From Sphingomicrobium sp. (lineage in GTDB: Bacteria > Pseudomonadota > Alphaproteobacteria > Sphingomonadales > Sphingomonadaceae), in contig JBPCOC010000048.1 in assembly GCA_051000635.1 (NCBI GenBank), positions 4,558 through 68,557 on the forward strand: 64,000 nucleotides of DNA, written 5' to 3'. Under the pieces are notes generated by a model that was given only the letters and a program-made list of their open reading frames with translations, did no database searches and was not told the origin of the DNA. Positions 38,973-48,447 of this stretch are shown piece after piece. Within the stretch, counting starts at the first letter, position 1; every line of letters begins with the position of its first letter. The position numbers were made by a program, and so were the translations under genes.

Positions 38973-39728
38973 ATGGCTGAACTCAGCGACGACGAACTCG
39001 ACCGCTTCGCGCGCCACATCGTGCTTCCGCAGTTCGGCGGTGTCGGGCAGCGGCGGCTGAAAGACTCGAGCATCGCGATCGTCGGTGCCGGCGGGATCGG
39101 AAGCGCGGCAATCCCGGCGCTTGCCGGAGCCGGGATCGGCCGGCTGACAATCATCGACGACGGCGCAGTCGAGCGATCGAACCTCCAGCGACAGACGATT
39201 TTCCGAAACGACCAGCTCGGCCGGCCCAAGGCCGTGCTTGCAGCCGACTTCGCGCGCGCCCTCAACCCGCATGTCGACGCAGCCGCCGCACAACAGCATC
39301 TCGATACGCGAAACGTGGAGGAATTGATCGACGGTCACGAGCTTGTTCTCGACGGCAGCGACAATTTCGCCACCCGTCTCGCTGTCGGCGATACGTCGAC
39401 ACGCCTGCACATCCCGCTCGTCTCGGCCGCCGCAGTCCAGCTCCAGGGGCAGGTCGCCTTGTTCCGCGGCTGGGAATCGGACAGGCCCTGCTACCGCTGC
39501 TTCGTCGGCGATGCCTTCGATTCCGAGGATTGCGACACCTGCGCTGAGCTAGGGGTGCTCGGCCCGCTTGCAGCCAGTGTCGGCAGCTTCGCCGCGCTGA
39601 TGGCAGTCCAAGCGCTCGCGGGCATCGGGGCCGACGTCGCCGGAAGCTTGTTCCTGCTCGACGGTGCGGCTCTCGAGTGGCGCAAGATCCGGCTCCCGAA
39701 GGACCCCGGCTGCACGGCCTGCGGCTAG
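38973..39728 (+). CDS. HesA/MoeB/ThiF family adenylyltransferase
   Basis: RFARHIVLP, VGAGGIG, DDGAVERSNLQRQ, DGSDNF, CYRC and CTAC. Confidence 0.9.
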   Translation: MAELSDDELDRFARHIVLPQFGGVGQRRLKDSSIAIVGAGGIGSAAIPALAGAGIGRLTIIDDGAVERSNLQRQTIFRNDQLGRPKAVLAADFARALNPHVDAAAAQQHLDTRNVEELIDGHELVLDGSDNFATRLAVGDTSTRLHIPLVSAAAVQLQGQVALFRGWESDRPCYRCFVGDAFDSEDCDTCAELGVLGPLAASVGSFAALMAVQALAGIGADVAGSLFLLDGAALEWRKIRLPKDPGCTACG

Positions 39729-42196
39729 GCCTTCTTCACCTTCTTCCGCCGCCCCTTCTTCTTCGCCGGTCCCTTGGCCGCCTTTGCATCGATCCATTCC
39801 ACCGCCTTGTCCAGGGTCACTGACTTGGGCTCGGTGTCCTTGGGTATAGTCGCGTGGGTCGTCCCGTCGGTGACATAGGGGCCGTAGCGGCCGGCCATCA
39901 CCTTGATCTCTTTCCCGCTGCCGGGGTGATTGCCGAAAACCGCGATCGGCTCGCGGGCGGCGCCGCGCCGGCCGCCCGCAGCCGCTGCGGCCTCGGCAAG
40001 CTTGACCACGGCGGCGTTCATTCCGGTTTCGAACACCTCCGCGGTCAAGCCGAGCTTTGCATATTTGCCGTCGTGGGCGAGATACGGCCCATAACGGCCG
40101 ATCGACGCAATGATCGGCTTTCCGGTCTCCGGATGGGGGCCGATTTCGCGCGGGAGCGAGAGCAGTTTCTCGGCCATTTCCGTAGTGACATCATCGGCCG
40201 GAATGTCCTTTGGGATCGACGAGCGCTTGCCGTCCCGCTCGAGATAGGGACCGAACCGCCCGGTCTTCAGCTCGATTCCGTTGCCGAGGTCCTGCGGCCC
40301 TTCGATCGCCTGCGGGTCGCCACCGGCCTGGCCGAACGGCTGCGTGTGCCGGCACTCGGGATAGTTCGAGCAGGCGATGAACGCCCCGAATCGTCCACCT
40401 CGAAGCGACAGCCGCCCGTCGCCGCAGGCCGGGCACTGGCGCGGGTCGGTTCCAGCCTCGCGCGGCGGGTAGAGCCACGGCTCCAGGAACTCGTCGATGG
40501 CAGCGGTGATCTCCGAGGGCTTCTGGTCCATCACCTCGTCCGCTTTCGGCCGGAAGTCGTGCCAGAATTCGTCGAGCAGGCGGTTCCAGCCGAGCCGGCC
40601 GCCGGAGACGTCGTCGAGCTCCTCCTCGAGCTCGGCGGTGTAATCGTAGCTGACGTATTTCTCGAAGAACCGCTCGAGAAATGCCGTTACCAGCCGACCG
40701 CTCTCCTCGGGAACGAAACGGGCCTTCTCGACCCGGACATATTCGCGGTCCTTCAGCGTCTGAATGATCGACGCATAAGTCGACGGGCGGCCGATTCCGA
40801 GCTCCTCGAGCCGCTTCACCAGGCTCGCTTCCGAAAAGCGCGGCGGCGGCTGGGTGAAATGCTGGGCAGCCTCGACGCCAGTCTTGGCGGGAGCGTCGCT
40901 CTCGCGAAGCAGCGGCATCCGGTCGCCGTCCTCGTCCTCGCCCTTTTCGTCCCGGCCCTCCTCGTAAAGCGCGAGATAGCCGGGAAAGAGCATTGTCTGG
41001 CCGCTGGCTCGGAGCACCGCCCGGCCGGTGCCGTCGGAGAGTTCGACGGTCGTCCGCTCGAGCCGCGCCGAGGCCATCTGGCTCGCAAGCGCCCGGTTGT
41101 GGACGAGTTCGTAGAGCCGGGCGTGGTCGCCGGTCGCGGCGCGGGTGCGCGTGAAATCGGTCGGCCTGATCGCTTCGTGCGCTTCTTGCGCATTCTTGAC
41201 CTTGCTCGTGTAGTGGCGCGGCCGGTCGGGCACGTAGCCGGCATTGTAGCGGTCGACGATCGCCCGGCGGGCATCGCTGATCGCTTCGGCGGCCATGTCG
41301 ACGCCATCGGTGCGCATGTAGGTGATGTGCCCGCCCTCATAGAGGCCCTGCGCGACCCGCATCGTGTGGCTTGCGGAAAAGCCGAGCTTTCGAGCGGCCT
41401 CTTGCTGCAGTGTCGAGGTCGTGAACGGTGGCGGAGGATTCTTGGTGAACGGCTTGGTTTCGACCGAGGAGACGGTGAACCGCCCTTCCTCCACCGCGGC
41501 CTCGGCCCGCTCGGCATCGGCCCGGTTGCCGATCGTGAGCCGCTCAATTTTCTCGCCCTCGAACTGCACCAGCCGGGCGGTGAAGCTTTGGCCGTCGGCT
41601 TCGAAGCTTGCCGTCACCGACCAATATTCCTGCGGCCGGAAGACCTCGATCTCGCGTTCGCGATCGACGATCAGCCGAAGCGCGACCGACTGCACCCGCC
41701 CTGCCGACTTCGCTCCCGGCAGCTTGCGCCACAGGATCGGCGAGAGCGTGAAGCCGACGAGATAGTCGAGCGCCCGGCGCGCCTTGTAGGCGTCGATCAA
41801 ATCCTCATCGAGCTTGCGCGGGTGCGCCATCGCCTCGGTCACCGCCGATTTGGTGATCGCATTGAACGCGACCCGCTCGACGTTGGGCGGGAGCGCCTTG
41901 CGCTTCTTCAGCACCTCGGCGAGATGCCAGCTGATCGCCTCACCCTCCCGGTCCGGGTCGGTGGCGAGGATCAGCGTGTCCGCGTTCTTCGCCTCGTCGG
42001 TGATCGCCTTCAATTGGCGGGTCTTGTCCGGCGAGACCTGCCATTCCATCGCGAAGTCCTGCTCGGGATCGACCGAGCCGTCTTTTGCGGGAAGGTCACG
42101 GACATGGCCGTAGGATGCCAGGACTCGATGCCCCGGCCCCAGATATTGTTCGATTGTTTTCGCCTTAGCGGGCGATTCGACGACGACGAGCTTCAA
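39725..42196 (-). CDS. topA: DNA topoisomerase I
   Basis: LVVVESPAKAK, ATDPDREGEAI, SAGRVQS, ITYMRTD and GIGRPSTY. Confidence 0.97.
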   Translation of the reverse strand: MKLVVVESPAKAKTIEQYLGPGHRVLASYGHVRDLPAKDGSVDPEQDFAMEWQVSPDKTRQLKAITDEAKNADTLILATDPDREGEAISWHLAEVLKKRKALPPNVERVAFNAITKSAVTEAMAHPRKLDEDLIDAYKARRALDYLVGFTLSPILWRKLPGAKSAGRVQSVALRLIVDREREIEVFRPQEYWSVTASFEADGQSFTARLVQFEGEKIERLTIGNRADAERAEAAVEEGRFTVSSVETKPFTKNPPPPFTTSTLQQEAARKLGFSASHTMRVAQGLYEGGHITYMRTDGVDMAAEAISDARRAIVDRYNAGYVPDRPRHYTSKVKNAQEAHEAIRPTDFTRTRAATGDHARLYELVHNRALASQMASARLERTTVELSDGTGRAVLRASGQTMLFPGYLALYEEGRDEKGEDEDGDRMPLLRESDAPAKTGVEAAQHFTQPPPRFSEASLVKRLEELGIGRPSTYASIIQTLKDREYVRVEKARFVPEESGRLVTAFLERFFEKYVSYDYTAELEEELDDVSGGRLGWNRLLDEFWHDFRPKADEVMDQKPSEITAAIDEFLEPWLYPPREAGTDPRQCPACGDGRLSLRGGRFGAFIACSNYPECRHTQPFGQAGGDPQAIEGPQDLGNGIELKTGRFGPYLERDGKRSSIPKDIPADDVTTEMAEKLLSLPREIGPHPETGKPIIASIGRYGPYLAHDGKYAKLGLTAEVFETGMNAAVVKLAEAAAAAGGRRGAAREPIAVFGNHPGSGKEIKVMAGRYGPYVTDGTTHATIPKDTEPKSVTLDKAVEWIDAKAAKGPAKKKGRRKKVKKA

Positions 42197-42327
42197 GCGG
42201 GCAGGTTCCTATACGTGTACGCGCGATGGTGGAGCCTTGAGATTCTCGGCGTCAACAACCCTCGACAATGGCAGCGGGTTCAGTGATTTACGAGGTGCCA
42301 AATCCGTTCTTGCACGTTTGGAGTGGC

Positions 42328-42927
42328 ATGACGGACCCGAGTTACGACGAATGCCTGGTCGACGCGGAGCTGAAGGCGCGCGCCGCATATTCCGAGCCGC
42401 ACCGAGACTATCACGATCATCGTCACCTCGACGAATGCCTGGATCACGTCGATGGCATCCGCGACCTCGACGACCGCGGCCGGCGGCTGCTCAAATGGGC
42501 GATTCTCTGGCACGACGCAGTCTACGAGCCCGGCCAGCGCGACAATGAGGAGCGAAGCGCCGAGCTTGCACTGTCGGACCTTTCGGGCTGCGGGGTCGCC
42601 CAAGAGGATTCAGCGGAGGTCGCCCGCCTCATTCGGCTGACCGAGCGCCACCGGGCGGAGCCGGACGACCGCCTCGGCGCGCTGATGGTGTCGATCGACC
42701 TTTCAATCCTGGGAGCCGATCCGGAACGCTATTGCGAATATTCAGCCGATGTCCGCCGCGAATATGGCCATGTTCCCGAGCAGCTGTGGCGAACCGGTCG
42801 CTCCCTTGTCCTTAAGCGCTTGCTTACGGCCGATCCGCTTTACCCGGACCCGGACTTCCGCGAGAAATTCGAGGCGCGGGCGCGGAATAATATCGAACAG
42901 GAGATTAAGGCGCTGGGCGAAGACTGA
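42328..42927 (+). CDS. Predicted HD-superfamily phosphohydrolase
   Basis: YSEPHRDYHDHRHL, AILWHDAVY, DLSILG and VRREY pattern. Confidence 0.8.
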   Translation: MTDPSYDECLVDAELKARAAYSEPHRDYHDHRHLDECLDHVDGIRDLDDRGRRLLKWAILWHDAVYEPGQRDNEERSAELALSDLSGCGVAQEDSAEVARLIRLTERHRAEPDDRLGALMVSIDLSILGADPERYCEYSADVRREYGHVPEQLWRTGRSLVLKRLLTADPLYPDPDFREKFEARARNNIEQEIKALGED

Positions 42928-43987
42928 CCCGTCCTCCGGCATGGCGGTCGAGCCGTCCGGCGAGGTCGAGCTCGAGAAGCGCCATCTGCACCGCTCCGCT
43001 CGGCGCGCCCGACAGCCGGATGATCTCGTCGACCGGCACCGGCGATGGCCCGAGCAGGGACTCCACTTTCTCCACGCCTTCGCCGTCATATTGATCGGGC
43101 CGAGGCTGGTAACCGGCTTCGGGCGAAGCGACGCGCGGCTTCATCGGCTGAACCGCTTCGATCACGTCGGCCGCATTCTGAACCAGCGTCGCCCCGTCGC
43201 GGATCAGCTGGTTGCAGCCCCGAGCGCGCGGGTCGAGCGGCGAGCCGGGGACCGCCATTACGTCGCGCCCTGCCTCGGCCGCCAGCCGGGCGGTAATCAG
43301 CGATCCGGAGCGCGGCGCGGCTTCAACGACGATCGCTCCGAGGCTCAGTCCGGCGATGATCCGGTTGCGGTAAGGGAAGTGGCGCGCCCGAGGCTCGGTC
43401 CCCGGCGGCATTTCGGCCAGCACCAGGCCTCGCTCGAACAGCGCCTTCTGCCTGTGCTCGTTTTCCGGCGGATAGAAGACGTCGACCCCTCCGGCGACGA
43501 TGCCGATCGTGCCGCTTTCGAGCGCTCCGTCGTGAGCGGCCGAATCGATTCCCCGGGCGAGCCCGGAAACCACCACCAGCCCCTCCTGCCCGAGGTCGTG
43601 GGCCAGGCTTCGAGCGAAGCGGCATGCGGCCGCCGACGCGTTGCGGGCCCCGACCATCGCGATCGCGGAGCGGTCGAGAAGCCCGATGTCGCCTTTGGCG
43701 ATGAGCAGCGGCGGGGCGTCGTCGAGCTCGGCCAGAAGCGACGGATACAGGCCCTGGCCGAGCACCAGATAGCGCGCACCGAGCTTTTCGATCTTCTTCC
43801 GCTCGCGTTCCGCATCATCCTTGCTGTACAGCTTCGGGGGCGACCCGCCGCCGCGGCGGGCAAGGTCGGGGATCGCTTCGAGCGCCGCTTGCGCGGAGCC
43901 GAAGCGTGCGATCAGCTGGCGGTACGTGACGGGCCCGATCGAAGGCGATCGGATCAGCCGGATAGGGGCGATCAGGTCGTCGCTCAT
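42905..43987 (-). CDS. dprA: DNA-processing protein DprA
   Basis: [31 protein letters not shown] and SGSLITA. Confidence 0.95.
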   Translation of the reverse strand: MSDDLIAPIRLIRSPSIGPVTYRQLIARFGSAQAALEAIPDLARRGGGSPPKLYSKDDAERERKKIEKLGARYLVLGQGLYPSLLAELDDAPPLLIAKGDIGLLDRSAIAMVGARNASAAACRFARSLAHDLGQEGLVVVSGLARGIDSAAHDGALESGTIGIVAGGVDVFYPPENEHRQKALFERGLVLAEMPPGTEPRARHFPYRNRIIAGLSLGAIVVEAAPRSGSLITARLAAEAGRDVMAVPGSPLDPRARGCNQLIRDGATLVQNAADVIEAVQPMKPRVASPEAGYQPRPDQYDGEGVEKVESLLGPSPVPVDEIIRLSGAPSGAVQMALLELDLAGRLDRHAGGRVSLRPAP

Positions 43988-44598
43988 TCGGGCTTGATCC
44001 GAGGCTCGGCGCCGGAGCGCAGGCGAGCGATGTTGGAGCGGTGCTTCCACACGATCAGAAGCGCAAAGCCGAGCAGCAGCGGAAACAGCCGGTCCACGCC
44101 CATCGCCACGGCCGCGATCGGGGCGCTGATCACTGCCGCGATCCCCGCCACCGAGGAGACCCGGACGACCAGCAGCACCGCCAGCCACACGATCGCGTAG
44201 ACCAGCGCGGCTGCCGGCCACAAAGCGATGAGGGCACCGAACAATGTCGCGACGCCCTTGCCGCCCTGGAACTTGAGCCAGACCGGGTAGAGATGCCCGA
44301 TCAACGCGCCCGCGGCCGCGGCCTGGCCGACGACCGGCGATTCGGCCATCAAAGCCTGTGCGACCCAGACCGAGGCCGCACCCTTGAGCACATCGAGCAC
44401 AAGCGTGAGCGCGGCGAGCGCCTTGCCGCCGGTTCTCAGCACGTTGGTCGCGCCGATGTTTCCGGAGCCGAACTTTCGAACGTCGCCCTTGCCGGCGATC
44501 CGGGTCACGAGCAGCCCGAACGGGATCGAACCGAGCAGGTAGCCGATCAGCAGCGCCACAAGCATTTCGGTCGTCAAGGCGTCCCCCTCGATGCGCAA
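43984..44598 (-). CDS. plsY: Glycerol-3-phosphate acyltransferase (start uncertain)
   Basis: [29 protein letters not shown]...GGKGVAT and HRSNI. Confidence 0.94.
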   Translation of the reverse strand: MRIEGDALTTEMLVALLIGYLLGSIPFGLLVTRIAGKGDVRKFGSGNIGATNVLRTGGKALAALTLVLDVLKGAASVWVAQALMAESPVVGQAAAAGALIGHLYPVWLKFQGGKGVATLFGALIALWPAAALVYAIVWLAVLLVVRVSSVAGIAAVISAPIAAVAMGVDRLFPLLLGFALLIVWKHRSNIARLRSGAEPRIKPE

Positions 44599-44638
44599 GA
44601 GTTGCAGGCGACTTCGCCGTCAGTCAAATGCGCGTGCA

Positions 44639-45430
44639 ATGAACGCGCAATCGCCCCTGCTGTTCTTCGATTCCGGAGTCGGCGGTTTGTCGGTGCTCGA
44701 ACCGACGCGCGAGCTGCTCCCCACGGCGCCGATCGTCTATGCCGCCGACAGCGCCGGCTATCCCTACGGAACTCGGAGCGAAGCCGAGATTGCTTCGCGC
44801 GTTCCCGCGCTGCTCGGCCGGCTGGTCGAACGTTTCCAGCCGCGGCTGATCGTCATCGCCTGCAACACCGCCTGCACGATCGCACTCGACCAGGTCCGCG
44901 CGGCACTCGACCTTCCGGTGGTCGGGACGGTCCCGGCGATCAAGCCGGCCGCCGAAAATACGAAAACCGGCGTCATCGGAGTGCTCGGCACAAAAGCGAC
45001 CATCCGCCAGCCCTATGTCGACGATCTCGCGACACGGTTCGCGAGCAACTGCACCGTCGTCCGCTACGGCTCGGCGGAGCTTGGCGATATCGCCGAAGCG
45101 AAGCTCGGCGGCGACCCGGTTTCGGTCGACGAGGTTCGCCGGACCGTGGCGCCGCTGTTCGAGCAGGACGGAGCAAAGAACATGGACTCTGTCGTCCTCG
45201 CCTGCACCCACTTCCCGCTGCTGCGCGACGAGCTCGACCAGGCGTTCCCCGGCCTCAGCTGGGTCGACGGCGGCCCGGGGATCGCCCGGCGAATCCGGTA
45301 CCTCACTCGCGAGCAGCCGTGGCCGGGGGAATATCCGGGCGGAATCGCCGTCTTCACTGGCGGTCCGCCGCGAAAGCCGCTTCTGAGCGCGCTGGCCGCT
45401 TACGGCCTTGGCGACGTCCAGGCGCTCTAG
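44639..45430 (+). CDS. murI: Glutamate racemase
   Basis: [21 protein letters not shown] and VLACTHFP. Confidence 0.95.
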   Translation: MNAQSPLLFFDSGVGGLSVLEPTRELLPTAPIVYAADSAGYPYGTRSEAEIASRVPALLGRLVERFQPRLIVIACNTACTIALDQVRAALDLPVVGTVPAIKPAAENTKTGVIGVLGTKATIRQPYVDDLATRFASNCTVVRYGSAELGDIAEAKLGGDPVSVDEVRRTVAPLFEQDGAKNMDSVVLACTHFPLLRDELDQAFPGLSWVDGGPGIARRIRYLTREQPWPGEYPGGIAVFTGGPPRKPLLSALAAYGLGDVQAL

Positions 45431-45495
45431 TTGCGAGTCGTTCTCATTGGAAATCCGCCGCATCGGACGGTAAAGGCGCGCAAGAGAGCGCATCG

Positions 45496-46710
45496 GTGGA
45501 TTACGACAGCATCTTCAGATCGGCCATTAGCCGCCTTCACAGCGAGGGCCGGTACCGCGTATTCATCGACATTCTGCGCACCAAGGGCTCCTACCCGAAC
45601 GCGCAATGCTTCGCCGGGCACAACGGGCCGAAACCGATCACGGTCTGGTGCTCGAACGACTATCTCGGGATGGGCCAGCACCCGTCGGTGATCGAGGCGA
45701 TGGAAACCGCGCTCCACGAGGTCGGCGCGGGATCGGGCGGAACCCGCAACATCAGCGGCAACACCCATTACCACATGCAGCTGGAGGCCGAGTTGGCATC
45801 GCTGCACGGCAAGGACGGCGCGCTTTTGTTCACGTCGGGCTATGTGTCGAACGAGGCGGCGCTCTCGACGATCGGCAAGCTTCTTCCCGACTGCGTGATC
45901 TTCTCCGACGAGCTCAACCACGCCTCGATGATCGCCGGGATCAAGAGCTCGGGCTGCGAAAAGCGCGTGTTTCGCCACAACGATATCGAGCACCTCGAGC
46001 AGCTGCTTCGCGATTGTGACCCGGACTCGCCCAAGCTGATTGCGTTCGAGAGCGTCTATTCGATGGACGGCGATATCGCTCCGATCGCCGAATTCTGCGA
46101 CCTCGCCGACCGATATGGCGCCCTGACCTATCTCGACGAGGTCCATGCGGTCGGAATGTACGGCGACCATGGCGGCGGAATCTCCGAGCGCGACGGCCTG
46201 GCACAGCGGATTACGATTATCGAGGGCACGCTCGGCAAGGCGTGCGGAGTGATGGGCGGCTATATCGCCGCGAGCCGGACGATCATCGACTGCATCCGAA
46301 GCTATGCGCCCGGCTTCATCTTCACCACCTCACTGTCGCCGGTGCTCGTTGCCGGAGCGCTGGCCAGCGTTCGGCACCTGAAGCAATCCAGGGCCGAGCG
46401 CGAGGCTCAGCAGCATTGCGCGGCAATGCTCAAGAAGAAGTTCGCCGCCGCCCGGCTTCCGGTGCTTCCGAGCGTCACCCACATCGTCCCGCTTCTGGTC
46501 GGCTGCCCGGTCAGGGCGAAAAGGATCAGCGACATTCTCCTGGCCGAATACGGGCTCTACGTTCAGCCGATCAATTTCCCGACCGTCCCGCGCGGCACAG
46601 AGCGGCTGCGCTTCACCCCCGGCCCGTGCCACACCGCCGAGATGATGGACGAGCTGACTGACGCACTGGTCGAGATCTGGAGCCGGCTGGAGCTGAAGCT
46701 CGCCGCCTGA
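45496..46710 (+). CDS. hemA: 5-aminolevulinate synthase
   Basis: [40 protein letters not shown] and GTLGKA. Confidence 0.96.
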   Translation: MDYDSIFRSAISRLHSEGRYRVFIDILRTKGSYPNAQCFAGHNGPKPITVWCSNDYLGMGQHPSVIEAMETALHEVGAGSGGTRNISGNTHYHMQLEAELASLHGKDGALLFTSGYVSNEAALSTIGKLLPDCVIFSDELNHASMIAGIKSSGCEKRVFRHNDIEHLEQLLRDCDPDSPKLIAFESVYSMDGDIAPIAEFCDLADRYGALTYLDEVHAVGMYGDHGGGISERDGLAQRITIIEGTLGKACGVMGGYIAASRTIIDCIRSYAPGFIFTTSLSPVLVAGALASVRHLKQSRAEREAQQHCAAMLKKKFAAARLPVLPSVTHIVPLLVGCPVRAKRISDILLAEYGLYVQPINFPTVPRGTERLRFTPGPCHTAEMMDELTDALVEIWSRLELKLAA

Positions 46711-46716
46711 GCCGTT

Positions 46717-46923
46717 ATGGAGAGCGATACTGAGTATTTTCGGAGGCGGGCCTCTGAGGAACGCACGGCCGCACTTCAGGCGCGAGATACGCGAGTGCGG
46801 AAGGCGCATCTGGAGATGGCGGAACGATACGAAGATCTCGTCCGAGCTATTGCGGGACATGAGCAGGCTCTCGGCCTGCGATCAATCGCGTCGCCTCAAG
46901 CAGCTCCGGGATACTGGCGATAA
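46717..46923 (+). CDS. Small hypothetical protein (68 aa), Y-x-R-x-RA-x-x-ER family
   Basis: MESDTEYFRRRASEERTAAL...VRKAHLEMAERYE; 6 nt after the hemA stop. Confidence 0.72.
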   Translation: MESDTEYFRRRASEERTAALQARDTRVRKAHLEMAERYEDLVRAIAGHEQALGLRSIASPQAAPGYWR

Positions 46924-46954
46924 AGAAGACTCGGCTGACGGTGCTGCCGTTAGC

Positions 46955-46988
46955 CTAATGTTGGCCGTGGGTGGAAAGCGGACACTAG
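46955..46988 (+). repeat. GTCCGC/GCGGAC palindrome E5 (left arm diverged)
   Basis: CTAATGTTGGCCGTGGGTGGAAAGCGGACACTAG. Confidence 0.8.
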
Positions 46989-47011
46989 CGCTTGGCGCCC
47001 TGCAGCTCGGG

Positions 47012-47638
47012 ATGGGGAGCCATGTAAAGATTCGTGAGAAGCAGGTCCTGCTTCAGGAGCTCCAGCACCGTGTCGCTAACAGCCTGCAGATCATTGCAAG
47101 CGTGTTGATGCAAAGCGCCAAGCGCGTTCAGTCCGAGGAGACCCGTCTCCATCTTCACGACGCCCACAGCCGGGTCATGTCGATCGCGATGCTTCAAAAG
47201 CAGCTGGCGGTCACGCAGCTTAAATCCGTTGAGCTACAGCCTTATTTCGAGGACCTGTGCCGAAGCATTTCCGCTTCCATGATTGACGATCCACAACGGA
47301 TCGCTCTCGAGACGATCGTGGATGATACGAGCACAAACTCTGATGTGTCGGTCAGCATGGGCCTGATCGTCACGGAATTGGTGATCAACGCGATCAAGCA
47401 TGCGTTCCCGGATCGGGCCGCTGGCGGCAAGATCATTGTGTCTTTTGCGGCAGACGAGGGCGGCTGGCTGCTGTCCGTGTCGGATGATGGCGCAGGAATA
47501 CCGGTCGGCGAGGAAGAGGGAAAGCCGGGTCTTGGAACAGGGATCGTCGAGGCCTTGTCCAGGCAACTTGAGGCGAGTGTGACCGTGCTCAACGCAAATC
47601 CGGGGACTCGCGTGGAAGTTCGACACGACCAAAGCTGA
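47012..47638 (+). CDS. Sensorless HisKA_2-type histidine kinase (possibly a truncated remnant)
   Basis: ELQHRVANSLQ H-box, ELVINAIKHAF, DDGAG and GLGTGIV. No PAS/GAF/TM region upstream; start uncertain (46958 or 47012). Confidence 0.75.
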   Translation: MGSHVKIREKQVLLQELQHRVANSLQIIASVLMQSAKRVQSEETRLHLHDAHSRVMSIAMLQKQLAVTQLKSVELQPYFEDLCRSISASMIDDPQRIALETIVDDTSTNSDVSVSMGLIVTELVINAIKHAFPDRAAGGKIIVSFAADEGGWLLSVSDDGAGIPVGEEEGKPGLGTGIVEALSRQLEASVTVLNANPGTRVEVRHDQS

Positions 47639-47660
47639 GGCAATCTACCGCTCGCCTACG

Positions 47661-47691
47661 TTATGTCTGCTTTCGGTCGGAGGCAGACATT
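47661..47691 (+). repeat. Palindrome E6 (compensated variant)
   Basis: TTATGTCTGCTTTCGGTCGGAGGCAGACATT; GTCTGC/GCAGAC replaces GTCCGC/GCGGAC. Confidence 0.7.
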
Positions 47692-47720
47692 CTGTACCCA
47701 CAATCTGGCGATTATGGGCC

Positions 47721-47906
47721 TTAGGGCTTGGAGCCCTCTGAGCTGGACTTGCGTAGCTGCATAATCTGTGACCGTATCTGGGGCCCCTTGAGGTGCTCGA
47801 TGACCCGCGAATACCCTTCACGGCTCAGTGTCCTTTGCAGCTCCTCAATCGATCGGCATTCAGGCGCAAGTAGAAACGCCCTTTCAATGATACTGACCCC
47901 CTGCAT
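47721..47906 (-). CDS. Small hypothetical protein (61 aa)
   Basis: MQGVSIIERAFLLAPECRSIEELQRTLSREGYSRVIEHLKGPQIRSQI; sits between E6 and E7; start could be 47960. Confidence 0.6.
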   Translation of the reverse strand: MQGVSIIERAFLLAPECRSIEELQRTLSREGYSRVIEHLKGPQIRSQIMQLRKSSSEGSKP

Positions 47907-47980
47907 AGATCGATGATCCAATTGATGGCTCGTTCGAGCAACAGGAATTTGCCCGCTCAATGTTTTTTGCGACCGGCTGC

Positions 47981-48009
47981 AATGTCCGCAATGGGTGGAA
48001 AGCGGACGT
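47981..48009 (+). repeat. GTCCGC/GCGGAC palindrome E7
   Basis: AATGTCCGCAATGGGTGGAAAGCGGACGT. Confidence 0.85.
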
Positions 48010-48049
48010 GGAGATCAATGCCTAGCAATTGAGCGGACCCAGCTGCCGA

Positions 48050-48447
48050 TCAGCAATGGCCCATCTCCCGGTGCTCAGCCGTGCATGTGCCAGCCCCCGC
48101 CTCTGGTTCTGCCTCGGGGTCCGCTGCCGGCTCGGCCTTCGGCTTAGATGCTGGCTCGCCGCTGCCTCGGTTGAAGGCTTGCGAATAGTCTGCTGCTTCG
48201 GCTCCGCCGCAGTCGACCGGCCGTCTCGCTTGTCGGCAACAGGAGCTGCAGTGTGCGCCGGCTGAGCAGGAGGTGGAGACTGCGTTTCCATCTCGCGAAC
48301 GGCGGTGGCAGAATTGGAGTTGGTAACGACGAGGTTGTTGACCGAGAGCGTGTCGATGACGTTCGCTTCGGCGGCTTCGCCGTTTTCCACCTCAGCCGAG
48401 CAAGCGGCGAGGATCGCGAGTAGCGGCACTGCAGCATACCTGATCAT
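48050..48447 (-). pseudogene. Pro/Ala-rich lipoprotein with an apparent single frameshift
   Basis: Lipobox ILAAC. The low-complexity linker continues in another frame near 48150-48160 and ends in CTAEHREMGHC-stop. Confidence 0.6.

Noticed and set aside
39854-42286. Long antisense or alternate-frame ORFs (for example 39854-42286, 60168-62087, 8341-9657, 11030-12739)
   Set aside because: These are shadow ORFs of well-supported genes, as expected in high-GC DNA, and have no motifs.
44041-45495. 889-aa ORF as a HemA fusion
   Set aside because: The extension overlaps plsY (antisense) and murI (another frame); HemA similarity starts at GTG 45496.
22648-48009. Classical integron attC sites
   Set aside because: There are no RYYYAAC...GTTRRRY core ends, the elements are shorter than attC sites, and no intI is present. 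Kept only as an architectural analogy.
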